From an uncultured virus (IMG/VR IMGVR_UViG_3300033148_006032) (taxonomy: Duplodnaviria; Heunggongvirae; Uroviricota; Caudoviricetes): a stretch of DNA of 64,000 nucleotides. The notes under the pieces were generated by a model that had not been told where the DNA came from, searched no databases, and was given only the letters and a program-made list of their open reading frames with translations. Position numbers and translations under genes: made by a program. Positions 18,682 through 27,570 of the stretch are shown piece by piece (the stretch's first letter is position 1; each line of letters opens with the position of its first letter). The stretch lies in IMG/VR virus record IMGVR_UViG_3300033148_006032, one strand, 5' to 3'.

Positions 18682-20754
18682 GTGAAGAAGGGAAAGATGA
18701 GAAGCACAATAGCAGTTAGTAATATTTCGAATAGGACAATCAAAATTGGGGATTTAGTGTTTCCTTCCCGGGAAGAAAAGGTGGTTGCAATTGAACTGAC
18801 CTCGATGGACTTTCAAAAAATTCGGGCGGAGCGGTGCTTGAAGTTGGGGAAGCCAGGTGAACTAAAGAACTATCTTGAACCCGCCAAGAAAGGAAAGGAA
18901 ATGAGGAACATTCCCCGGGGAAGAACAAAGGAAGTGGGGAAGATGAAAAGAACTCCTTTTGTCAGTATCATAACACCATGCTATAATGGGCAATCTTATT
19001 TGCATAGATATTTTCAGTCCATATTGAAACAAACATATAGAAATATTGAGTTAATTTTTGTGGACGATTGTTCAACGGATAAGACAAAGATTATTGCTGA
19101 AAATTATAAGCCGAAGTTAGAAGCAAAAGAAATTAAAGTGAAAATCATATGCCTTCCTAAAAATGTTGGTGTATCAGGTGTGGTAAATGTAGGGCTTAAG
19201 CGTTTTACTGGTGCTTATCTAATGTTTCTTGATAGTGATGATATTATGTATCCAAACCACATTGAGCGAAAAGTGTGTTTTTTGGAGCAAAATAAACAAT
19301 ATACTTGGATGGCTTGTCGAATTAATAAGGTCAGCCATTCAAAAAAAATAGGTATTCTTGAGGTTGCCCATAAAAAAGAAACAGAGAATATTTTTGAACG
19401 TCTTATATTAAGTCAAAATGTATGTTATAATCCTATATTGTATATGTATAAGGCCTCTTGTTTTTTGGAAGTTAATCCATCAAGAAAGATTCATAATACA
19501 CGACATGGACAGAATTATCAATTACTTTTGCCAATGGCGTATAGGCATAAGTGTGCTTTTCTTGATGAAATCCTTGGGAACTATATTGTGCGGGCAAATA
19601 GTTTATCGAGAACAATTAACCGTCCAAAGGAGCTTGATAGAACAAACAAGCGGGAGAAAATGCTTATACATACTATCAATAATATCAATGGGATTGGGAT
19701 AATGGATAGGCAAAAATATATCAATATGGTGAAGCGGAAATATGGGAAATATGGGAAATATAAAGGGAAAGATATAAAAAAAGTAATGTTAATCGGAGGA
19801 ACTGGCGTGTTGAGTCGTGACGTGGCTAAACAATGTATAGCGTCCGGCATGGGAGTATGGATGATAAATAGAGGTAATAAAAAATCACCAGAAGGGGCAC
19901 AGGTTATAATTGGTGATATAAATAAGATGACTTCTGGTAAACTTGGAAATATGAAGTTTGATGTCGTAATTGATTTTTTAGCTTACGTACCAAAGCAGTT
20001 AGAAAAACATCTTAAATTGTTTCGGGATAGATGTGCACAATATATTTTTATTAGTACTGCCACGGTGTATTCCAACAAAAAGGAGAAGGTTTTGGTAACG
20101 GAAAGCAAGGCTGTGACGAATGTGGATTGGAGTTATTCACGAAATAAGATAGAATGTGAGAGGTTATTAAAGAAATCTTATAATGTGGCAGCGGAATATT
20201 ACACAATAGTTAGACCGTACATAACCTATGGAGATACTAGGATACCATATCCTTTTATCTCCAGAAAGAGTCAATGGACTCTTATTCATACCATACTTAA
20301 TGGTATGACTATTCCAATATGGGGTTCTAATTTATGTACACTGACGCATACCGAAGATTTTGCGAGGGCGTTGGTGGGATTATTCACTAATAAAAAAGCA
20401 AGGAATGAGGCTTTTCATATTACATCTGATGAGTACATGACATGGTATAAGGCACTGGTCTTAATTGGAAAAGCAATTGGAAAAGCACCTAAAACTATAC
20501 GTATCCCAGCCAAAGAGATTGAAAAAATGTTTTTAACTATGAAAGGTGAATTGACGTGTGATAAATCCCATACAAGGATATTTAATAATGCGAAGATAAA
20601 AGACGCTGTGCCCGGATGGAAGTGTCATATTAATTTTGCGGATGGTATAAAGCGGACAATACAATACTTCCAAGACCATCCTAATATGATGCGGGTGAGT
20701 ACGGCATGGGAAGAGAAAGCAGAAAGTTTGATTAATACATGGAAGGAGAGATAG
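18682..20754 (+). CDS. fusion: small N-terminal domain + GT2 glycosyltransferase + NAD-dependent epimerase/dehydratase
   Basis: VSIITPCYN...VDDCSTD...FLDSDD; then IGGTGVLS, YIFIST, YSRNK (YxxxK), IVRP. Confidence 0.85.
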   Translation: MKKGKMRSTIAVSNISNRTIKIGDLVFPSREEKVVAIELTSMDFQKIRAERCLKLGKPGELKNYLEPAKKGKEMRNIPRGRTKEVGKMKRTPFVSIITPCYNGQSYLHRYFQSILKQTYRNIELIFVDDCSTDKTKIIAENYKPKLEAKEIKVKIICLPKNVGVSGVVNVGLKRFTGAYLMFLDSDDIMYPNHIERKVCFLEQNKQYTWMACRINKVSHSKKIGILEVAHKKETENIFERLILSQNVCYNPILYMYKASCFLEVNPSRKIHNTRHGQNYQLLLPMAYRHKCAFLDEILGNYIVRANSLSRTINRPKELDRTNKREKMLIHTINNINGIGIMDRQKYINMVKRKYGKYGKYKGKDIKKVMLIGGTGVLSRDVAKQCIASGMGVWMINRGNKKSPEGAQVIIGDINKMTSGKLGNMKFDVVIDFLAYVPKQLEKHLKLFRDRCAQYIFISTATVYSNKKEKVLVTESKAVTNVDWSYSRNKIECERLLKKSYNVAAEYYTIVRPYITYGDTRIPYPFISRKSQWTLIHTILNGMTIPIWGSNLCTLTHTEDFARALVGLFTNKKARNEAFHITSDEYMTWYKALVLIGKAIGKAPKTIRIPAKEIEKMFLTMKGELTCDKSHTRIFNNAKIKDAVPGWKCHINFADGIKRTIQYFQDHPNMMRVSTAWEEKAESLINTWKER

Positions 20755-21356
20755 AATTGGGTGATTATATAGGTTTGAAGGATTTTAAAGGTTTGAAAAT
20801 CGTGGGTGGGAAACTTGCTCCAAAAGTTAAGAGTGTTTTTATATTGCATAAAAATGCAAAGATGGAATTGCATGGTAATTTTGTCACAAATGCCAATTGC
20901 ATTTTTCCGAATGGTAGAAGTACAATAGTTCGGTTGGATGCAAAGGCGCTTTTGAAAACTAATGGCAATTTCACTGTATTTTATGGCGGTGATATTATTG
21001 TGTTCAAGGGGGCTCGATTGGAATTAGGAGCTAGTTTTTGCAATTCAGATATTAAAATTAGGTGTTATAAGCATATAAAGATCGGTAATGGTGTAATGAT
21101 AGGTCATGATGTTACCATTATGGATACAGATGCGCACCCTATGAATTATGAAGGATACGACATGACAAATGCAGTTATTATTGAGGATAATGTGTGGCTA
21201 GGTACAAAGGTCACTGTCTTGAAAGGTGTTAGAATAGGGAAAGGTTCTGTGATTGGGGCGGGGGCAGTAGTAACAAAAAATATTCCACCTAATTGTTTGG
21301 CAGTAGGAGCACCAGCAAGGGTGATTAAGAAGGGGATAAAATGGGGAACGAAATAA
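20739..21356 (+). CDS. O-acyltransferase, hexapeptide (LbH) family
   Basis: IEDNVWLG..VTVLKGVRIG.GSVIGAGAVVTKNIP...GAPAR. Confidence 0.9.
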   Translation: MEGEIELGDYIGLKDFKGLKIVGGKLAPKVKSVFILHKNAKMELHGNFVTNANCIFPNGRSTIVRLDAKALLKTNGNFTVFYGGDIIVFKGARLELGASFCNSDIKIRCYKHIKIGNGVMIGHDVTIMDTDAHPMNYEGYDMTNAVIIEDNVWLGTKVTVLKGVRIGKGSVIGAGAVVTKNIPPNCLAVGAPARVIKKGIKWGTK

Positions 21357-22195
21357 AAGTTTATGCAGCGTGGTCTCTTGATGATGAGATAAGATTCAAC
21401 AGTACATCTGGAGGTATATTTACAGAGTTAGCAAAGGCAGTTATTAATCAAGGTTATGGTGTGGTTGGTGCGAGATATGGCAGTAATAATATGGTTGTGC
21501 ATGATTTAATTGATAAAGTTGAATACATTCCGGTACTTCGGCAATCAAAATACGTGCAAAGTGTTATGGGGGATATCCGAGGGAGAATGAAAGGCAAGAA
21601 AATTATGTTTGTTGGATCTCCTTGCCAATGCGCAAGTGTAAAGGCGGATATAAAAGTTGATTTTGTCTGTCGAGGTGCGAATTCTCAGAAGGCGTATAAA
21701 AGCTATTTGCAAATGTTAGAGACTCAATACAAGAGTAGAATCAAGCGGGTGTGGTTTAAGAATAAGACGTATGGTTGGCATAAGTTCAGCACGCGGATTG
21801 ATTTTGAAAATGGTAAAATGTATTTGAAAGATCGGAGTAATGATTTATACATGCTTGGATATATCAAGCATAATTTATTTATGCTTGATAGATGTTATAA
21901 ATGTAAATTCAAAGGTTTTCCCAGGCATTCTGATATTACCTTAGGAGATTTTTGGGGTGTTAGAAAAGCACTTGACCCAAATAAAGGTACGTCATTGGTA
22001 ATTATAAATACGGAGAAAGGGCAAAAGTTGTTTGATAATCTGAAAATATATAAGGGGGATTCAACATTTAAGGAAGCTGTAAGACAGAATCCCTCCATTG
22101 TGAGACCCCCAATCAAAGGAAAACATTCCGATCGATTTATGAAATTGCTTGACAAATACCCATTTGATGAATGTTTTAGGATGTGTGGCTTATGA
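21341..22195 (+). CDS. FrhB/F420-reducing hydrogenase beta-subunit-like protein of polysaccharide loci
   Basis: STSGGIF, SKYVQS, GSPCQC, VC.G, CYKCKF...SDITLGDFWG. Confidence 0.8.
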   Translation: MGNEIKVYAAWSLDDEIRFNSTSGGIFTELAKAVINQGYGVVGARYGSNNMVVHDLIDKVEYIPVLRQSKYVQSVMGDIRGRMKGKKIMFVGSPCQCASVKADIKVDFVCRGANSQKAYKSYLQMLETQYKSRIKRVWFKNKTYGWHKFSTRIDFENGKMYLKDRSNDLYMLGYIKHNLFMLDRCYKCKFKGFPRHSDITLGDFWGVRKALDPNKGTSLVIINTEKGQKLFDNLKIYKGDSTFKEAVRQNPSIVRPPIKGKHSDRFMKLLDKYPFDECFRMCGL

Positions 22196-22836
22196 GCATT
22201 CCAAAGATAATCCACATGATATGGATCGGGCAGAAACCTTTTCCGTATCAGAAAAATCTTAATAGTTATAAAAAACACCATCCGGAATGGACGATTTATC
22301 TTTGGACGGATAAGAATATCCCAAAAATGACAAACCAAAGAATATATGATTCTATTCCTATTTTTGCAACGAAGGCAGATATATTGAGACTTGAAATATT
22401 AGCGAAATATGGTGGCGTCTATGTTGATGCTGATAGTATATGTTTGAAACCATTAGATACTTTGGTCAAAAATGAGGATTGCTTTTTTTCAACCAATTGG
22501 AAGGGGAAAATAGAAATAAATTTCATGGGATGTACTCCTTCCAATAAATTGATGGAAACGCTGATAAAGAAATTGCCGAAATATTGGGCGCGGAAAAGAA
22601 GAGAAAAATGTGAATTCAATGTGTATTGTATATATCGTTTTATCCGAAAAAAGATATCCAATTATGAATTCACAAAGTTTGCACGAAAATATAATTGCAT
22701 GGCAGAGGAGAGGACACATGAAACATATATTATTCAGAAGATGGATCATACGTGGGCAGGGGGGAAACAATTTAGACTTCCTGCTCTAGAAGAGGCTGTG
22801 GAAAGAAAAAAATTGACTGAGGAGGTTGCGTTATGA
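22192..22836 (+). CDS. DXD glycosyltransferase (GT32/OCH1-like)
   Basis: IPKIIHMIWIG, ADILRLEILAKYGGVYVDAD. Confidence 0.9.
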   Translation: MSIPKIIHMIWIGQKPFPYQKNLNSYKKHHPEWTIYLWTDKNIPKMTNQRIYDSIPIFATKADILRLEILAKYGGVYVDADSICLKPLDTLVKNEDCFFSTNWKGKIEINFMGCTPSNKLMETLIKKLPKYWARKRREKCEFNVYCIYRFIRKKISNYEFTKFARKYNCMAEERTHETYIIQKMDHTWAGGKQFRLPALEEAVERKKLTEEVAL

Positions 22837-23495
22837 TTGATGTTATATACCTTGCAGCAGGCCAAGGAAAAAGAGCTAAGCTTGGGTATCCAAAACAATT
22901 TGCCAGATTGGGAGGTAAACCTATTATGATTCATGCCTTGGAGATATTACAGAACATGGGTGAGATGGGGCGTATTATTATCCCATGTGCGGATGTGTAT
23001 GAAACAAGGCGGTATATGAATTCTTATGGGATAATTACGGCAGCACTTATTCCTGGCGGAAAAACAAGACAAGAATCTGTATATACTGCATTGCAATATG
23101 TTAATACGGAATATGTACTCGTGCATGAAGCCGTACGCCCTTTTATCACGGAGGAATTTGTTCGTATGGTTATTAATATTGATGGGGATTCTGTAACTCC
23201 AAGAAGGCAATCTATGGCGACTGTGATAGATAATGATGGTAAGTGTTACAATAGAGATTGTTTGGGCGAGGTTCAAATGCCACAGAAATATCGGACTTCC
23301 GTATTGCGTGCAGCACATAGGAAAGCGTTGGATGAGAAAAGATATGATTCTACGGATGATGCCGCTATTGTATATAATTTGAAGGGTTCTGTAATGGTAG
23401 TAGAGGGGTTGGAAAATAACATCAAAATAACAACTCCATTAGATTTGACGATTGCGGAGGCGATATATAATGCGTGTTATTGTGACAGGGAGTGA
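22833..23495 (+). CDS. IspD/TarI-family cytidylyltransferase
   Basis: LAAGQGKR...PKQF, GGKTRQES, HEAVRP, QMPQ, TDD, NIKITT..DL. Confidence 0.9.
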   Translation: MIDVIYLAAGQGKRAKLGYPKQFARLGGKPIMIHALEILQNMGEMGRIIIPCADVYETRRYMNSYGIITAALIPGGKTRQESVYTALQYVNTEYVLVHEAVRPFITEEFVRMVINIDGDSVTPRRQSMATVIDNDGKCYNRDCLGEVQMPQKYRTSVLRAAHRKALDEKRYDSTDDAAIVYNLKGSVMVVEGLENNIKITTPLDLTIAEAIYNACYCDRE

Positions 23496-24102
23496 ACGAG
23501 GCATAGGAAAAGCAATGGCAAGGGAACTTTGTAACCGGGGTCATTTCTATTACGGGTTTAGTCGTTGGAATGACATTGATGTATCCGATTATGCGTGTGT
23601 ACAACGCGCTTTTGATGAACTATCAGAGGAGCCCCCTGATGTTCTTATTAATAATGCTGGTATTGTGGAATTGGGTAGTATATTAGAATTGACAGAAGAA
23701 TCATGGAAAAGACAATTTGAGGTGAATATGAATGGTGTATTTTACTGCACCAAGGAGTATGTGCGAATTGCGAAAAATACAGGAGGTAAGATAATTAATA
23801 TTGCATCTACTGCGGGAACAGGAGCACGGCCTGGACGTTCTGCGTATGCAGCGAGTAAGGCAGCGGTCATTAATTTTAGTTTGTCCATGGCTGAGGAATT
23901 GAAACCGTATGGGATAAAAGTATATTGTGTTGCCCCAGGAGCATGTGATACAGATATGCGGCATGAAATAGCACCAGATGATGATTTTGAAAATATGCTT
24001 TCCCCCGGGCAATTGGCAAGGTTTATTGTTGACATTGCGGAGGATGGATATATGTTGGATAATCAGGTCATAACAATGCGAGGAGGAAGGCATATTACAT
24101 GA
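23470..24102 (+). CDS. short-chain dehydrogenase/reductase, likely partner of the cytidylyltransferase in CDP-polyol synthesis
   Basis: TGSERGIG, NNAG, NIAS, YAASK; overlaps the cytidylyltransferase gene. Confidence 0.85.
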   Translation: MRVIVTGSERGIGKAMARELCNRGHFYYGFSRWNDIDVSDYACVQRAFDELSEEPPDVLINNAGIVELGSILELTEESWKRQFEVNMNGVFYCTKEYVRIAKNTGGKIINIASTAGTGARPGRSAYAASKAAVINFSLSMAEELKPYGIKVYCVAPGACDTDMRHEIAPDDDFENMLSPGQLARFIVDIAEDGYMLDNQVITMRGGRHIT

Positions 24103-24150
24103 GGAGGAGAAATTTGAGGAGGAGAAATTTGAGGAGGAGAAATTTGAGGA
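24100..24150 (+). repeat. 15-bp tandem repeat, about 3.3 copies
   Basis: (TGAGGAGGAGAAATT)x3 followed by TGAGGA. Confidence 0.9.
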
Positions 24151-24202
24151 TGTTAAAATTATTGAGGAGGTTAGCCGAAATAAACTTGAAGGAGGTAAGG
24201 TC

Positions 24203-25321
24203 ATGAAGCAAATAACTGTTTTTAATAAGCATCATTTCCCTATTGGACTTGAGGGACACGTTTTTCCACCAGGGAAAGAGGTTTTGATTGATATTGAAGT
24301 AAACTCATCAAATTTTCGAAATATCCGTGCAAATAAAGGTTTGCGTGTTGGGAAAGTAAATAATGCTGAATATAAGAAAAAATATATGTCAGATACATAT
24401 TACAGATATAGCATGGTATATGATGCTTATTCACAGCATCGGGGTAGTGCTTATGAACAGGCGATAGAAGCACTGGCTACCCCGATAAGCAAATACCTAC
24501 CAAAAAATGAAGTTGGATTCACAAGAGTTCCGTCACCTGGATGGAATCTTCGGTTTTTCTCCGAATTGCGAATTAATCAACAAGGGAAATATCCAGTTGG
24601 TCCAAATGATATTTTTATGTCGCACGGAATTGGGGATAAGGATTATTGGTTGGCGTCCAAAATAGGAGGTTACAAGCATGTATTAGTCCCGGGACCTGCT
24701 TGGAAGAAAAGAATTGAAGCAGGAAAATATAGAGGAGAAGTTCATATTGTTGGGTACACAAAACTTGATCCTCTTTTCAATGGGGAATATAAGAAGAATG
24801 AATTTGATAAGCCATTTGTTGTATGGGCGCCTACTCACGGGTATAATCATAAGCATAAAGGGCGTTCAAGCTATCCACAATGCATGTCCTTGATTAAAGA
24901 AATCCCAGATTGTTATAAGACGGCTATGGCGTTGCATCCAACATCTCGGATGAATAAGAAAAATAAACATGATGTGACAATGCAAGAACTTCTTGATGCG
25001 GATGTTGTTATTGCTGATGCAGGTAGTACCCTGTATGAAGCATGGGCATTGGGAAAGCCTGTTATTTTCCCAGATTGGATATGTAAAAAGGATGTATTAG
25101 CCCATTTTAGCCCGGGAAATCTTGAGTACCAAATATATGATAAGCAAATAGGATATCATGCAAAAAATATGAAACATTTGATTAAATTGATTGATGTTGC
25201 AATAGCCCAGGGGATGCAGCAGGCTGAAATTGAATTCATGGAAGGGATATTCCCTTCTAACTTAAGAGGAAAAGCTGGAAAAATGGCAGCTAGTGTATTA
25301 AAAAGTATTGTGAAAAAATAA
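24203..25321 (+). CDS. CDP-glycerol/ribitol phosphotransferase (TagB/TagF/TarF-like) with small N-terminal domain
   Basis: HG, GYTKLD, WAPTH, LHP and ADVVIADAGST motifs of the glycerophosphotransferase family. Confidence 0.8.
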   Translation: MKQITVFNKHHFPIGLEGHVFPPGKEVLIDIEVNSSNFRNIRANKGLRVGKVNNAEYKKKYMSDTYYRYSMVYDAYSQHRGSAYEQAIEALATPISKYLPKNEVGFTRVPSPGWNLRFFSELRINQQGKYPVGPNDIFMSHGIGDKDYWLASKIGGYKHVLVPGPAWKKRIEAGKYRGEVHIVGYTKLDPLFNGEYKKNEFDKPFVVWAPTHGYNHKHKGRSSYPQCMSLIKEIPDCYKTAMALHPTSRMNKKNKHDVTMQELLDADVVIADAGSTLYEAWALGKPVIFPDWICKKDVLAHFSPGNLEYQIYDKQIGYHAKNMKHLIKLIDVAIAQGMQQAEIEFMEGIFPSNLRGKAGKMAASVLKSIVKK

Positions 25322-25339
25322 GGAGGAGGAAGTAAAGAA

Positions 25340-25510
25340 ATGGAAGGTAAAGGTAAAGATGCATTAAAATCAATATCGATAACACCACAGGAGGAAGCAC
25401 TCTTGGAATTTTTCAGAAAGGAATTGCAATATGGGGAAGCCCGGGTAGTTGTGAAAAATGGACAACCAGTTAATGCTTGGCAAACTTTGAAAAATGTAAA
25501 ATTTGATTGA
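25340..25510 (+). CDS. 56-aa protein, DUF2292/YezD-like (absent from ORF track)
   Basis: ...LLEFFRKELQYGEARVVVKNGQPV...; strong RBS. Confidence 0.65.
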   Translation: MEGKGKDALKSISITPQEEALLEFFRKELQYGEARVVVKNGQPVNAWQTLKNVKFD

Positions 25511-25560
25511 ATAAAGGAATATTAAGGAGTTGAGGGAGTCAATGAAGATTTAAAAAAGTA

Positions 25561-25589
25561 TTGTATTTTTTGGTAAAGTGTTATATACT
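25561..25589 (+). promoter_or_regulatory. promoter of scaffold/capsid/tail genes (TTGTAT-17-TATACT)
   Basis: Twin of 6309-6337. Confidence 0.6.
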
Positions 25590-25642
25590 TATATATAATA
25601 TAATTGAATATTGATTTTCCGCAAGGAGATCAGGAACCCGAG

Positions 25643-25688
25643 GAACGGGAATTGATGAGTACAGCCATTGATTCCCGTTCTTTGTTTT
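25643..25688 (+). terminator. intrinsic terminator or attenuator hairpin in the scaffold leader
   Basis: GAACGGGAAT...ATTCCCGTTC stem followed by TTTGTTTT. Confidence 0.6.
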
Positions 25689-25772
25689 GGTTTAGAATAG
25701 AGAGGCCACGCTGGGGCACTTAAATAAATTCCACGGAAATGATGGTCGACGGACGATAAACGGGAGGATTAT

Positions 25773-26471
25773 ATGAAAAAGATTTGGAAAAGGTTATTGA
25801 TGTTTGGTTTGTTACTGCCCGTGATACCTGTTTTTGGTATTCCTGAGGCAGGGGACTCTGACACCGGGGGTAATGAGGATGATGGGAAAGACGGTGGGGA
25901 TGGTAAGGATGGCAAAGACGGCGCTGGTAAAGATAATGATGGTGCCGAGGGTAAGAAAGATGATAGCACTACCGGAAGTAAGAAAGATAAGGAGCAAGAT
26001 AAGTTATTTACTCAAGATGAACTTGATTCTGTGATTTCGCGAAGATTAGAGCGCGAACGGAAAACTTGGGAACAGAAGATTGAAGCTGAAAAGAAAAAGG
26101 CAGCTATGACGGAAGCTGATAGACTAAAAGCAGAAAAGGAAGAAGCTGAAAAGAAAGTAGCAACTGTTACAGAAAAGGCAACGCAAAGACTTATTAAATC
26201 AGAAGTGATAATGCAAGCCTCTAAATTGAATATCATTGATTCTGAGGCCGCCTTCCTTCTGTTGGACCACACGGGAATCACTGTCGAAGATGACACTGAT
26301 GAAGTGCGTGGGGTAAAGAAAGCTTTAGAACTTTTGGTGAAATCCAAACCGTATTTGGTGAAAGCAAAGGATACGGAACAGAAGAAAACAGGGGATGATC
26401 AGGCTGATGACAAAGGGGGCAAAGGTCATCGTACCATGAATTCGCTAATTCGTAGAGCAGCAGGCAGGTAA
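25773..26471 (+). CDS. capsid scaffolding protein (DUF4355-like)
   Basis: Acidic Gly/Asp N-terminus, FTQDELDSVISRRLERE, coiled coil, KPYL; directly upstream of the capsid gene. Confidence 0.85.
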   Translation: MKKIWKRLLMFGLLLPVIPVFGIPEAGDSDTGGNEDDGKDGGDGKDGKDGAGKDNDGAEGKKDDSTTGSKKDKEQDKLFTQDELDSVISRRLERERKTWEQKIEAEKKKAAMTEADRLKAEKEEAEKKVATVTEKATQRLIKSEVIMQASKLNIIDSEAAFLLLDHTGITVEDDTDEVRGVKKALELLVKSKPYLVKAKDTEQKKTGDDQADDKGGKGHRTMNSLIRRAAGR

Positions 26472-26530
26472 GTAAAAGTAAGATGTAATTAATTTTAAAA
26501 AATAAGAGATAAGAAAAGGAGATGGTAGGC

Positions 26531-27514
26531 ATGAGTTATATTCCACGTTCTGGTACGGAAGCATTGATGCCAGAGGAATTTCAGAGGGAAATTATTCAGG
26601 GTGTTCCTGAAATGTCATCTGTTATGTCACTTGGAAAGAAGGCGCCTGATATGAGTAGGCAGCAGAGGAGGTTGCCTGTTCTTTCCGTTTTACCGACGGC
26701 TTATTTTGTAAGTCCGGGACCTACAGTAAGAACTGATGCGTCGGATATTAATTTTAAGCAAACAACAAGAATGTTGTGGGAAAATAAGTATCTTGACGCA
26801 GAGGAATTGGCAGTAATTGTGCCTATTCCAGAAAATGTATTAGACGATTCCGATTATGACATATGGGGAGAGGTAAAACCTAAATTGTTAGAAGCCTTTG
26901 GATTGACTTTCGACCAGGCTGTATTTTATGGAACGAATGCTCCAGCAATCTGGCCTGATAATCTTGTATCGGCAGCGACAGCCGTAGGGAATTACGTGCC
27001 GCTTGGTACCAATGGTGATTTGTATGATGACATTATGGGTGAAGATGGAGTTATTGCTACGGTGGAAGAGGATGGATTTATGGTCAATGGTCATGTGGCG
27101 GCAATGAATATGAGAGGTAAATTGCGGGGATTACGTGACTCTGATGGAAATCCTATTTTCAAGGCATTGTCAAGAGAAGGTGTGCAGGGGAAAACAAGGT
27201 ATGAGCTGGATGGAGAAATTATGACTTTTCCTCGTAATGGTTCTGTAAATGCTGCTAATAGTCTTCTGATCTCTGGGGATTGGTCGCAGCTTATTTACGC
27301 CATGAGGAAAGATGTTACTTGGAAGATATTGACGGAAGCGGTAATACAAGATCCTATAACGGGAGAAATAGTATATAATTTACCGCAGATGGATATGGTT
27401 GCTATCAGGGCGGTCATGCGATTGGCATGGCAGGTTCCAAACCCAATTAATAGATTACAGCCAGATGAGGATGAAAGATATCCATTTGGCGTATTAGGAC
27501 CGGCAGGAAGCTAA
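26531..27514 (+). CDS. major capsid protein (HK97 fold)
   Basis: LMPEEF.REII, AEELAVIVPIPENVLDDS, FDQAVFYGT, GDWS, DMVAIRAVMR. Confidence 0.9.
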   Translation: MSYIPRSGTEALMPEEFQREIIQGVPEMSSVMSLGKKAPDMSRQQRRLPVLSVLPTAYFVSPGPTVRTDASDINFKQTTRMLWENKYLDAEELAVIVPIPENVLDDSDYDIWGEVKPKLLEAFGLTFDQAVFYGTNAPAIWPDNLVSAATAVGNYVPLGTNGDLYDDIMGEDGVIATVEEDGFMVNGHVAAMNMRGKLRGLRDSDGNPIFKALSREGVQGKTRYELDGEIMTFPRNGSVNAANSLLISGDWSQLIYAMRKDVTWKILTEAVIQDPITGEIVYNLPQMDMVAIRAVMRLAWQVPNPINRLQPDEDERYPFGVLGPAGS

Positions 27515-27570
27515 AAGGAGAAGAAATTTTCTTTTTTATTCTTTTTGTTGTTTAGATTGGAGGAAAATTA

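Noticed and set aside
21341..22195. FrhB-like gene as evidence of methanogen/F420 metabolism or an archaeal host
   Set aside because: This family is common in bacterial polysaccharide loci beside pyruvyl transferases, and the peptidoglycan-targeting endolysin and promoters indicate a bacterial host.
25650..25690. TGATGAG as a hammerhead core in the scaffold leader
   Set aside because: Lacks the leading C and any GAAA/stem III; better explained as the loop of a terminator-like hairpin.
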